Shown piece after piece: positions 1-13,300 of a stretch of DNA of 64,000 nt. This DNA comes from Opitutales bacterium. GTDB taxonomy: Bacteria; Verrucomicrobiota; Verrucomicrobiia; Opitutales; PNEW01. A program made the position numbers and the translations under genes. How positions within the stretch are numbered: the first letter of the stretch is position 1; each line of letters starts with the position of its first letter. The stretch spans positions 242,985 through 306,984 of the forward strand of contig CBDANS010000007.1 of NCBI GenBank assembly GCA_965197745.1. Direction: 5' to 3'. The notes under the pieces are model-generated. The model did no database searches. It was not told where the DNA came from and saw nothing but the letters and a program-made list of their open reading frames with translations.

Positions 1-589
1 CTCCTGCCTCAGCCATGTCGGTATCGTAAAAATCGACATATATTTTCTCTTCCTGGTCACCCAGGGAGATTACTTGAGATACATTACCGAGACGAAGTAA
101 TTTATCGTGGACCTCTTCGGTGAGTTTTTTTAATTTTGCATAGGTGATATCTTTTCCTGAAACGGTAACAATTGTGCCGTAAACCTCACCATACTCGTCG
201 TTCAAAACAGGTTCCTGTACCCCTTCAGGCAAATCACTTTTTACCCGATCAATTTTGCGTTGTAACCGTGACCAGATAGGACGCATTTTCTGGTGGCGAT
301 CCGCTATTTTGACTAAAATTATCGAAGCATTTTTTCTTGAGATACTGTGCGCAAACTCCACTTCCGGCACTTCCCTTACCGCTTCTTCGATTTTCCGTGA
401 AACCAAGCTCTCGACTCTTTGAGCTGATGCACCGGGATATATAGTGACAATTAAGGTGTATCGAAAGACGATTGGTGGGTCTTCAGTACGCGGCAACTGC
501 ATAAAAGCAATAATTCCCCCTATAAATAAAAAAAATGAGGTCAAAAGAGTGAATCTTGCCTCTTTCAGCGCAATAACCGTAAGTTTCAT
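1..589 (-). CDS. RND (AcrB/ACR_tran family) efflux transporter permease, N-terminal fragment; gene runs off the left edge
   Basis: Absent from the ORF track because no stop lies in the window. The reverse-strand ATG at 589-587 translates to MKLTVIALKEARFTLLTSFFLFIGGIIAFMQLPRTEDPPIVFRYTLIVTIYPGASAQRVESLVSRKIEEAVREVPEVEF... This is the TM1 plus first periplasmic porter subdomain pattern typical of RND pumps. Confidence 0.7.
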   Translation of the reverse strand, partial: MKLTVIALKEARFTLLTSFFLFIGGIIAFMQLPRTEDPPIVFRYTLIVTIYPGASAQRVESLVSRKIEEAVREVPEVEFAHSISRKNASIILVKIADRHQKMRPIWSRLQRKIDRVKSDLPEGVQEPVLNDEYGEVYGTIVTVSGKDITYAKLKKLTEEVHDKLLRLGNVSQVISLGDQEEKIYVDFYDTDMAEAG

Positions 590-1350
590 ATAATTGAATC
601 CTGATGGAGAATAACCATAATTGATTTTATTTCTTTTGGTAGATTTCCGATCCTCGGTCAATCCAACTTATACACCTTATTATTGCTTTGTTTGTCAGAA
701 AGGCATCATTCTAACGGATTTTCTATCTTCTCCCTTTGCTTATTGACTGATAGCCTTATTTTTTCCAAAAATGGGCTTTAATTGTGTTTGGCAGTTATCT
801 TAAATGATAAATGGTCATAATATTCTTTAAAAATTAATAATGATTCTTATTGAATAATTATAAATTAGCTACATTAACGATGATCATCAGTAGAAATGTT
901 TACCGGATATGTATATCGATTTTGTTAACGGACAGAACCGATGGCGATTGTTGGTATCTAATTAACCTGCCAGAAATGGCATGAAATACCAGAGTGATTC
1001 TGCAGGTTCTTTTCGAGAGCTATAATAGTTTTCAGTATCCAATAAACGTCGAACTAAATTTTGAAAGATAAGTGAACAAACCCGGCCCGATGATCGTAAT
1101 TGATCACCTGCACAATCTTATTCCAAGAGACCTTCACTTGGATAGCTTTTTTATGATTAATAAAGCTGACACGAGAAGCATTTTGAGAACATCAATTCAC
1201 AGTTTCTAATCTGAATTTTTTATCATTTACCTAGACAAGAGAAGGGTCCAAAGCATTAAGATTAATTGAGAATTATAGTATGAAAATTGTGTATCGAATG
1301 CATGCTCTAGAGAAGAGCAGGCCTAGCTCTTTATTGTGGGAGGCAACCGA

Positions 1351-4300
1351 ATGATTAATCAAGGGAAGCGCCCCATAGCGATCATAGGAATAGGTTGCCG
1401 GTTTCCTGGTGGTGCAAAGAACTCAGCCTCTTTCTGGACCTCATTGCGCAATGGCCAGAATGCTATAGTCGAAGTTCCTGAGGATCGCTGGAATCTACAG
1501 CGATTTTATGATCCCAATCCTCAATTGCCGGGTAAAATGACAACCCGTTGGGGGGGGTTCCTCGATACCATTGATCAGTTTGATGCTCAATTCTTTGGAA
1601 TTTCGCCCCGCGAAGCATTGAGGATGGATCCTCAGCAGAGATGGCTGCTGGAAGTGGCATGGGAGGCACTCGAAGATGGAGGATTAGCTCCCGATCAAGT
1701 AGCAGGGTCACGCACCGGTGTTTTTGTCGGCATTTCAAGCAATGATTATGCGAATATCCAAATGAAAGGGCCCCAGGATGTTGATATGTATACCAACAGT
1801 GGGAGCACCCTGAGCATAGCTTCTGGCAGAATTTCTTATTTGTTTGATTTAAAGGGTCCAAGCCTGTCGGTTGATACCGCATGTTCATCGGCTCTTGTTG
1901 CCGTAAATCTTGCCTGCAATAGTATCTGGGATGGGCAGTGTGACACAGCTCTGGCAGGTGGAGTAAATGCACTGCTAACCCCTGATTCTTCTATAGGATT
2001 CAGCAAAGCGTCCATGCTGTCACCTGACGGCCGGTGTTACACCTTCGATGAACGGGCAAATGGTTATGTGCGTGGTGAAGGAGCGGGGTTAATCGTGCTC
2101 AAGCCGTTGGACGATGCACTGGAAGATGAAGATCCCATTTATGCCGTAATTCGCTCTAGCATTGTGAATCAAGATGGTCGCACGAGTTCAATGACGGTGC
2201 CGGGGCAATTTTCTCAGGAAGCTATGTTGAACGAAGCTTATGAACAAGCGGGAATCTCGCCGTCGAGAGTTTGTTACATAGAAGCGCATGGCACGGGAAC
2301 ACCGGTAGGGGACCCGATTGAAGTTCTTGCCTTAGGGAATATTTTGTCCAAGGGAAGAAAAGCTGAAGATAAATGTGTAATTGGGTCGGTTAAAACGAAT
2401 ATTGGTCATTTAGAATCTGCATCAGGTATAGCGGGTCTTATAAAAGCGGCACTGGTTCTAAAATATAAAGAGATTCCTCCTAATTTACATTTTGAAACCC
2501 CCAATCCCCATATTCCCTTTGAAAAACTTAAACTACGGGTTCCAACAAAGTTAGAGTCAATCCCGAAAGGATCAGACCCGGCGGTGGTCGCCGTTAACTC
2601 TTTTGGTTTTGGAGGCACTAATGCCCATGTGGTATTAGAAGAAGCGCCGGTCATCGCTAAAAGACGGAAAAAAATAAATAAAGATGATGCCCCCAGGCCC
2701 TACCTTGTCCCTCTATCGGGAAAAGGACAGCAGTCATTAAAAAAGAGTGCTGAGAATCTGGTTGATTTACTATCCGGACAATCGAATGGCACTGAAATAT
2801 TCCTGCCTGATCTTGCCCACACGGCAAGCTTGCGCAAGGGGCACCATGACCATCGATTAGCACTCGTTGCGTGTTCGGAAAATGAAGTTATAGTAAAGCT
2901 TAATGGGTATCTTTCCGAGAATAAGGTGAAAGGCCTTGTTGAAGGAAGAGCAAAAACTGAAAATCAAAAAGAAATTGTTTTTATATTCACCGGTCAGGGT
3001 CCGCAATGGTGGGCGATGGGGCGTGAACTTTTGGAAAAAGATCCGTTATTTCGTAAAAAGATAGAAAAGTGTGACAAACTGTTGAGCGAATACACCTCCT
3101 GGTCACTCGTTGAAGAATTATCCCGAGATGAAGCCAGTTCCAGGATAGACGATACATCCGTTGCACAACCGGCGATTTTCGCTTTACAAATAGCCTTAGC
3201 TGATTGGTGGAAGGCGAGGGGCGTGTCCCCCACCTGTGTTATCGGGCATAGTGTAGGCGAGGTTGCTGCCGCTTACTGTTCCGGAATCTATACCCTCAAC
3301 GATGCCATCAAGATAATATATCACCGCAGTCACTTACAAGCAACAACGCGCGGCTCGGGACGTATGGTAGTGGTGGCCATTTCACCGGATAAAGCTAAGG
3401 CCTTAATTCAGGGGTTTGAAGATCAAGTGACGATTTCCGCGATCAACAGTCCGGGCCTTGTGACTTTAGCCGGAGATACAAAAGTTTTGGAATCAATAAT
3501 CGAACCGCTTGAAAAAGATCAGGTATTTATCCGCTGGCTGGATGTCGATTATGCCTTCCATACAAATAAGATGGACCCTATTAAGGACGATTTACTTCAA
3601 GTCCTTTCAGAGATCAGACCACGCGCTTCAAAAATTCCCTATTACTCAACCGTCAGCGGAGAGGTTATGGACGGAAAGAAGTTAGACGCCAGCTATTGGT
3701 GGCGTAATATACGTGAAACCGTACTTTTTGGTCCGGCGATAGACGTTATTATTAGTAAGGATCACGACCTTTACCTGGAATTGGGCCCGCATCCTTCGCA
3801 TTCCAGTTCTGTCTTAGAATGTCTGGCCCACAAAGGGAAGAATGGATCGGTTTTGCCCTCGTTGCGACGAAAAGAGTCGGATCAGCAGACTTTGCTTGAA
3901 ACTCTAGCCACTTTATATACCCGGGGATATCCCATCCAATGGGATGCGCTCTATGGAAAGGAAGGACAATTTGTTCAATTGCCATCCTACCCCTGGAAGT
4001 CTGAACGACTATGGTTAGAATCACCCGTCTCTGAAGAGTACCGTTTTGGATCCATTGTGCATCCCCTCCTCGGGGAAAAAGTAAATGCTCCGAGCCCAAC
4101 ATGGGAATGCGAGCTTGATCCCCGCGCCTTACCCTACCTCGCCGATCACAGACTTCACGATTCCATGGTATTTCCAGGCGCCGCCTATGTTGAGATCGCG
4201 CTCGCGGCCCTTAATGAGCTATATCCCAATGAACCTTTTGTCATTGAAGATATCAAAATTCTTAAAGGGTTGTTCATGTCAGAAGACGGTGTCATTACCA

Positions 4301-7300
4301 TTCAAATGGTCTGTGATAAAACTGATGATTCCTTTAATATATTCAGTTCTACGGATACGACTGCTGGGGAATGGGAAATTCACGCCCAGGGACGCTATCA
4401 GAAATTAGCACCGCGTGATCCTGGCAATTTGGCTGTCGATCAAATTAAAGACGCGATGGAGGAGGAGATCGATCACGCCAAAATTTATTCAGATTTTGAT
4501 GATGTTGGATATCAGTTCGGTCCCTGCTTCAGAGAAGTACAAAAAATCTGGAGAAAAGATGGGGAATCGTTGGCTGAGATTCAGGTAACAGACGCGGTTT
4601 TAGAAGATATGGAGTCAAACTTCTTTCAACCTGCAGTTTTGGATGCCTGCTTTCAAAGTGGCAAGGAATCCAGAGTTAAGGATGAAAACAGAAAGGCACG
4701 CGACAATTTTTATATGCCTATCGCTCTGAAAAGAGTGAGGTTCTTTAAAAGTCCGACTCCCCGTCTTTGGTGTTATACGCAATTAGTGAGCGACGAAGGA
4801 GACCGCGTTGAATATGATCTTAAAGTCGCCAATGACGATGAATCTATCATCGCCGAGATCAAAGGCTTTTGCGTTCAGCGGGTAGATCAGTCTGAGACAA
4901 AAGCAGAAGAGGATCTCGAAAATTGCTATTATCAATTTCACTGGCATCCCTCATCGCTTCCCGGAGCGCGGCGTGACCCAATTGAACTCATAAGTCCCGA
5001 ACGGCTTATAGAAGTATTGGATCCTGAAATTATCCCTACCTACGATAAATATAATCTTGATGGTTACGTTAGTGATTTTATGCCTCAAATGGAAACTTTG
5101 AGCTTTAATTTCATTCTCACGGCTCTCCGAAAAATGGGATGGAAGCCGGCAATAGGTGATCGGGTATCGATTGACAGTTTAATCGAAGAATTGGGCATCA
5201 TGGAGCAACATCACCGCTTATTGCAGCATTCCATATTTGAGACATTGAAAAAAGAAGCGGTGATTCAAGCGACCGAGGATGGAGAATGGGAAGTAGCCCG
5301 TACCCCTGATTCATTAAATTTAGAAGATCTATGCAGTGCCCTAAGAAATAACTTTCCTCACTTATGGGCGGAAATGGATTTGCTCATAGATTGTGGGTAT
5401 GTTCTGGCAGAAGTGCTTACGGGTGAAAAAGATCCGCTCGATGTCATTTTTCCTGCCGGTGATCAGAAAAAAATTGAAAGTTTTTATAAGGATTCTTCTG
5501 ACTTTCAGGCCTACAACAGCTTGCTCCAAAAGGCCATCGACAAGCTTGCCAGTGAGCTGCCAGAAAAGGGCAAGCTGCGTATTCTGGAAATTGGAAGTGG
5601 CACCGGTTCTTTGACGGAAAGCTTGCTTGAAGTCTTATCCCCCGATCGTACCGAATATTACTTTACCGACATATCTCCCTTATTCATCGCATCGGCGAAA
5701 GAAAATTTTAAAAATTATGATTTTATAGAATATAGTATTCTCGATATTGAGAAACCACCGGGAGAGCAGAAATTTGATCTCCAATCATACGATTTGGTTT
5801 TAGCTACGAATGTCCTGCACGCCACTAAAGATTTAAAGCAAACACTCCGTCATATTAATCAGCTGATGACGGAAGAAGGCCTTTTGCTATTTCTCGAAGT
5901 TACGACTAAAAGGTTATTTTTGGATCTGGTTTTTGGTCTGCTTCCCGGCTGGTGGAGATATTCAGACGATGAATTGCGGACGACACATGCTTTGATTACT
6001 CGCCAGGAGTGGGAGGGGCTTCTTAATGAAAGTGGTTTTCGAAACGTAAATTCCTTTGTCAATACAATGGAGGAAAGCCACGCCAATCAATCCGTGTTCT
6101 TAGCCAACGCCTCCGAGCTTTTAACGGAGATGGATCGCAAAGAAGCCATCGATGAATCCTCAGATAAGAATAAAACCTGGTTGATTTTCGCTGATCAAAG
6201 CGGTTTTGCCGAGTCTCTAGTGAATCAAATGGAAGAGAGGGATAGCACATGTATCATGGTTACCCCGGGTGAATCCTTTGTCGAGGTGGGAGAACGCTGC
6301 TACCAGATTCATCCCGAACAATTGCAAGACATGGAGGATCTATTCACTCATCTCGAGCTTGATCCGAATGCCCTGCAAGGAATTATTCACATGTGGAGCC
6401 TTGACCATCCCACCGCTGATATAACAACACCTGAATCTCTCGAACTTGCTCAACAAACAGGATGCCTCAATGTTTTAAATCTCATTCAAACGCTTGTGAA
6501 ATCAGAGCCCGATCCCGCACCACGGGTTTGGATGATCACGCACGGCATGCAGTTGGTTTCCGATACGGATAGAAACGAACGCATTGCTTCAGCTCCTTTA
6601 ATCGGGCTCGCCCGGGTCGCCAATAATGAGCATTGGGATTATCACTGGACAGCTATTGATCTGGAATCTTCGAGCACTCCATTGGAATTAGAATTTTTAG
6701 TTAATGAGATCTGTTCTGCGGACGATGAATTGGAAATTGCTTACCGTGGAGGGGAGCGGTTTGTTAATCGAATAGAGAAAACGGTTAAGGATGAAATACC
6801 AGCAAGAACAAAAGATGCGGTAAGACGTGATGGGGTAATTCCTTACCGACTCGAGATACCGACTCCCGGAATTCTTAATAATTTACGATTAAATGAGACA
6901 GAGCGCAGCGCGCCAGGACCTCAGGAAATAGAAATAAAAGTTGCTGCGGTCGGCCTGAACTTCCGTGACGTGATGAAAGTTTTAGGCATGTACCCGGGTA
7001 ACAGCAGAGATTTGAAGTGGCTTGGGGACGAATGTTCGGGAACCGTTGTTTCTGTTGGTGAAGAAGTGAAAAATTTCCAGGTGGGTGATGAAGTTATAGG
7101 CATGATGGTTCCCTATTGTTGTCGATCTTACGCCATCGTGAATGAGGCACTTGTTTTTCACAAACCTTCCAAGCAGTCATTCGAAGAGGCCGCGACCCTG
7201 CCGATTGTTTTCCTCACCGCGCATTATACTTTGAACCATTTAGCCCACCTTCGTAAAGGTGAGAAAATATTAATACACGCGGGTGCAGGCGGTGTCGGCC

Positions 7301-10300
7301 AGGCTGCTATTCAAATGGCTAAGCACATCGGGGCCGAGATTTTTGCAACCGCAGGTTCACCTGAAAAACGTGAGTTTCTTAAAAGCCAGGGAATAGCCCA
7401 TGTCATGGACGACAGGACATTGGATTTTGCTGATGAAGTCATGGAAATTACTGAAGGGAAAGGTGTCGATGTCGTATTGAACCAATTGGCTGGTGACTTT
7501 ATCACGAAGAGTTTATCGGTGCTCGCTCCCTTTGGAAGGTTTCTGGAAATCGGGAAAGTAGATATCTATCAAAACACAAAAATTGGGCTCGAACCATTTA
7601 AGAAGAACCTGACCTATTTTGCCGTTGATCTTTCGAAACATATAGAAGAACGACCCGAGATAATTACCATGATGCTTCAAGAGTTATCGGTAATGTTTGA
7701 AAGAGAAGAGCTGAAGCCATTACCGTTTAAAGCATTTCCTATCACACAAGCAGTCGAGGCTTTCCGTTATTTTGCTCAATCGAAACACATCGGTAAAAAT
7801 GTACTCTCACTGCAAGAGGATTCTATCCTTGTTGGCTTGCCTTCCGAGCAAAAAACACTGTTCCGTGCTGATGGAACATACCTTATCACCGGTGGATTAG
7901 GGGGATTCGGTCTGGAAGTTGCCAAGTGGATGGTAAAATCAGGGGCGAAAAATTTAGTCCTCATGGGACGTTCGGGTGCATCGACCGATGATGCCATGGA
8001 AGCTTTACAGACGATGCGAAATAACGGCGCCCAGGTGGTAGTGGCCAAAGCCGATGTAGTCATCCATGACGATGTAGAACGCGTCTTAAACAAGATCGAT
8101 GAGGAAATGCCTCCTTTAAAGGGGGTCATTCATGCTGCTATGGTTTTGGATGATGGATTCCTTGTTCAGATAGACACTGAGAAATTCAAAAAGGTACTGC
8201 GTCCAAAAATGATAGGCGCCTGGCATTTACATCAGCTGACTCAGCAGATGCATATAGATTTCTTCGTGCTCTTTTCTTCTGCTTCGTCAATGCTTGGACC
8301 GAACGGACAGGGAAACTATGCTTCGGCCAATTTCTTCCTGGATGCGCTCGCCCATTATCGCAATGCCATGGGTCTTCATGCCCTCACGGTCAACTGGGGT
8401 GCATTATCCGAAGCCGGATACGTGGCCCGGAATGAAAACGTTGCCAAGTATCTGGATATTCTGGGCCTGGAAAGTTTCACTCCGCAGGAAGCACTCAGCA
8501 TTTTTGCTCAAATCCTGCCGAAAAATCCAGTTCAACTGGGAGCTTCCCATGTGAACTGGAAAACGATTTCAAAGATAAATCCACAGATGGGTAGTTCGAA
8601 GTTGTTCTCCCTGGTTATAAGCCAGGATGCACTTTCAGAAAAGACCGGAGCCCACGCCCATTCATTCAGGCCTCAACTTCTTGGCGCTGCGCCTGAAGAC
8701 CGGCATAAAATGGTAGAGAATTATATAAGTGAACAGGTAGCTCAAGTCTTTGGCACCTCAGCCGATAAAATTGATCGCGATACACCCCTGACCACGATTG
8801 GCCTCGATTCATTGATGGCCATAGAGTTGATGAACCGCCTGGAATCTAATTTAGGAATTAATTTGCCCATGGGTAAATTCCTGCAAGGGCCGAATATTTC
8901 TCAACTTGCCATTCCCGTTCTCGAATTACTGGTTAAGTCTGATTCCGGTTCGGATACAGCGAGTTCGCCTCGAAATGTAACGGCGGGAGAAGAATTGATG
9001 GAGTTTCCCTTATCCCAGGGACAACGAGCGCTCTGGTTTTTACACCGCCTCGCGCCAAGCAGCGCTGCCTACAACCTGGTCTTCAGTTCGCGCATTACTC
9101 CTTATGTCGACATTGACATTATGAAAAAGGCTTTTGCCCGTATCTTTCATTCCCATCCGATGCTCGACATTGTTATCTCCACGGTCGATGGAGAACCCAT
9201 GCAGACATTGCAAAAAGGACGCAGTGTCGATTTTCGAGAACACGATGCAACCCAACTTAGCGATGATGAACTTAAGGCATTGCTCGTAGAGCACGCGCAT
9301 AAACCCTTCAATCTTCAAACCGGCCCGGTTATCCGTTTGGAGCTGTTCCGTACTGCGACGGGGTCCCATGTGACGCAACTGGCTATGCACCACATTGTTT
9401 CCGATGCATGGTCTATCGTGATTGTTCTCAACGAGCTCATGGAAACTTACTTGGCCATCAAGGCCGGTCGTGAGCCTGACGTTCAACCCCCTGAATTCAG
9501 GTATTCAGACTATGTAAACTGGCAGAAAAACCTCTTGCAAAGTCCTGAAGCTGATCGTTTGGGCAGTTATTGGTATGAATATCTCGCAGACTCATCGATG
9601 GTCCTTGATTTACCCACGGACCACCCGCGTCCACCAGTCCAGTCTTTTAACGGCGCGACCTTTGGTTTCAAACTTGAAGAGGACCTTACGCAGAAGGTTT
9701 TGAAACTGGCTGAGGAGAAAAGAGTCACCCTTTATACTACCCTTCTGTCCGTATTTAATATTTTAATGCATCGTTATTGTAATCAAGAGGACATTATCAT
9801 CGGGAGTCCTTTATCCGGACGTATAAATAAAGAATTTCATCATATTACCGGTTATTTTATCAATCCCGTTGCGTTGCGTAGCAGAATGGGTGATGACCCC
9901 GCTTATTTTGATTACCTGGATCGTGTCTATCAATCGGTAATTGGCGCTTTAGAAAATCAGGATTATCCATTTCCACTTCTTGTCGATCGACTTAAAGTAA
10001 AGCGTGATCCCAGTCGATCGCCTATATTCCAGGCCAGCTTTTCTATGGAGAGAACACCTGGAGTTGATGATCAGGGCATAGCTGTATTTCTTATTGGTCA
10101 GGGCGGGCATAAATTTAATGCCGAAGACATGGTGATCGAGTCGATAGATCTTACTTTGCGCATGGCACAATTTGAGATTACACTCGTGGTGGAAGAAGCA
10201 GGGGGCAATATTTACGGCTGCTGGCAATATAACAGCGATCTGTTCGAGCCTGAAACGATTAGTCGTCTTAGCGGTTTTTATAAACAGTTGCTTAACGAAA

Positions 10301-13300
10301 TCGTATCTCATCCTGAGAAAAAGATTTCCGAGTTTAATTTGCTTTCAGCGGATGAAGAAAAACAGGAAATAGTAGACTGGAACGCAACTGCCTCTAAATA
10401 TCCTGAGCATTTATGCCTCCACCATATTATCTCTGACCAGTCAGCTAAAACACCCCATTCAACGGCGATCAGTTTCGATGGGGAATCCATGACTTATGAG
10501 GAATTGGAGAGAAAATCAAACGGCCTGGCCCTAGCATTACATCAGAAAGGTATCGGTCCGGACACCCCCGTTGGGCTCTATCATGAACGGTCCATGAACA
10601 TGGTTGTCGGGTTACTAGGTATACTTAAAGCTGGTGGTTGTTATGTGCCTCTGGATCCAGAATTCCCACCCCTCAGGCTGGAACAGATGCTCGACAATGC
10701 AAACCCATCTGTGGTGGTTACACAAAGCGAACTGGCGAGTGCCTTACCTCAAGGTCAATGGGAATCTATCTTTGTCGAAGAAGTGAGTGAGGCGGAGACA
10801 ACACCTCAAGTCGATGGCCTGAATCCCGATTCGCTTGCTTATATTATTTATACATCCGGGTCTACAGGCGTGCCAAAGGGTGTGGAAATTTCCCATCAGT
10901 CTCTGGTTAACTTTTTATATTCAATGCAGAGGGAGCCAGGTTTAAGTGATGAGGATAAACTTTTAGCAGTAACGACACTTTCTTTTGATATTTCAGGATT
11001 GGAACTCTACCTGCCACTGATTTCCGGTGCTCAGGTTATTCTGGCCTCTCGTAAAGTCGCAGCTGATGGCAGACAGCTGGCAGCTCTCATAAAAAGCACC
11101 AATCCCACCATTATACAGGCTACCCCGGCTACCTGGCAGATGTTACTGGATTCGGGCTGGTACGGAAAACAAAACCTTCGGATACTTTGTGGAGGTGAAC
11201 CCCTACCACCGGATTTGGCGGAGCATTTATGTGAAATGGGTGCGGAAGTTTGGAATCTTTATGGTCCGACCGAAACAACCATCTGGTCTACGGCGTCACA
11301 AATTGAAAAAGGTGATGATGTCGTCTCTATCGGCCGCCCCATCGCCAATACAAAAATATACATTTTAGATGAGGAAGAAAAACCCCTTCCCACGGGCTTT
11401 GCCGGCAATCTTTACATTGGCGGTGACGGTCTGGCCCGAGGCTATCACAAACAACCTGAGCTCACTAAGGAATCATTTGTTGAGTTGTCGTTAAATCAGC
11501 AGGAAACTGAGCGCGTATACAAAACCGGTGACTTAGCGCGCTATTTATCCGATGGCTCAATTGAATGCATTGGTCGCCGCGACTCTCAAATTAAACTGCG
11601 TGGTCACCGTATCGAGCTAAGTGAAATCGAAACGGTGCTTCGTGATCATCCCGCTGTAAAAAGTGCTTTGGTCCTGATGCGCAAAGATATGCCGGGAGGT
11701 CCGGGTATTGCCGCTTATATTATACCCATGGAAAATAACGACAGATTAGTTCCGGATCTGCGATCACACCTCACTGAGCGCTTGCCTCAATATATGCAGC
11801 CTTCTGCTTATATGGTCCTCGATGAATTCCCGCTCACCCCCAATAATAAAATTGACCGCAATCATCTCCCGCTTCCCTCTTTAAAGCGTTCCGATTTGCG
11901 AACAGATTATTTGGCACCCCAAACGCCGACTGAGAAGATTCTCTGTGATATATTAAATCAGGCTTTCAAGAGTGATAAGATTGGCATTCACGACAATTTC
12001 TTCGAGTTGGGTGGCGATTCACTAATGGCGGTGGAAATATTGTCGAGTATCACTTCCGCTTTTAACCGTGAATTACCGATTGAGGTCTTTTTGCGCAATC
12101 CTACGGTGGAAAGTCTGGGCTATTATTTTGAACTCACTCCCGAAAATATTGAGGTGAATTCCTCCCCCCATAAGAATGGAGATTCAAAGGTTAATAACAT
12201 TGATGACTTGTTTAAAAGCAGTTATCTGGATATCGAGCATGTAAATGGTAAAAATGGGGATCGCACTAAGTTCCCTGAGGTGGATGCCGTTGCTCTTGCT
12301 TACATCCCCGATGCTTTCCTCCCCCTCACGGGTCTTTCCAAAGATGAAATTTCACGTCAGTGGTTTCAACATCAGCCTTTTGTCAGCAATTACTACGAGA
12401 CTCCATTTGGAAAAATCGCTATCGTCATGTTACCGCGGTTAGGAGCTGAACTTTACAAAGATCAAGTGCCTCTCGGTGATAATATCTTAAGCTCCTTAAA
12501 ATTGGCTGCCGATATGGGGGCCAGTACCGTATCCCTGACCGGCCTCATCCCCTCGGCTACTGACTATGGAAGAAGTATCTCACACTGGATAAACGGCCAC
12601 GACAATTTACCCGCCATAACTACGGGGCACGCCACAACCACAGCAACGATCGTGAAAACGATTACCGGTATGCTTGAGCAGACAATGCGTGACTTCAGTG
12701 AGGAAAAAATTGCCATCGTCGGTTTGGGATCCATCGGCTATGCCACACTGCGACTTATGCTTGAAGTGATGCCGCATCCGGTTGAGCTTATCCTCTGTGA
12801 TCTTTACCGAAAAGCGGACATTCTTGAGAATATTAGAAGTGAACTGATTGAAAAGGTTGGCTTTAAAGGAGCTATCCGTGTGGTGACAACGCGAGGCCAA
12901 TTGCCCGACGCCATATACGATGCATCTTTTGTCCTTGGGGCCAGCAATGTTCCTGGTATCCTGGATATCAATCGCCTGCGTCCCGGCACCTTATTGGTAG
13001 ACGATTCATTTCCACCTTGTTTCCGTCTCACCGATGCGATCAGACGAATTGAAGAAGAGCAGGACATTCTCTTTACAACCGGTGGGTTGTTGCGCTGTTC
13101 GGAAGAAATTAAAGAGACTATATATCTGCCGGATGGAGCCGGTGAGTTATTCTCTAAATTAGGGGTTGATAAAGTGCAGAGACTGGCTGGACGCGACCCA
13201 CGCGAAATCACGGGATGTATCCTTTCCAGTCTCTTAACCGGACACGAACCGAATATTTCTACTACGATTGGACCAGTGGAAATCAAGGACTCACTCGCTC

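Noticed and set aside
1463-13286. Roughly 20 ORFs of 60-169 aa on the opposite strand or in alternate frames inside the megasynthase gene (for example 1463-1972, 9040-9486, 12804-13286).
   Set aside because: They lie wholly within a 12-kb ORF whose frame carries an unbroken series of PKS/NRPS catalytic motifs. Their translations are low-complexity with no recognisable motifs, so they are shadow ORFs.
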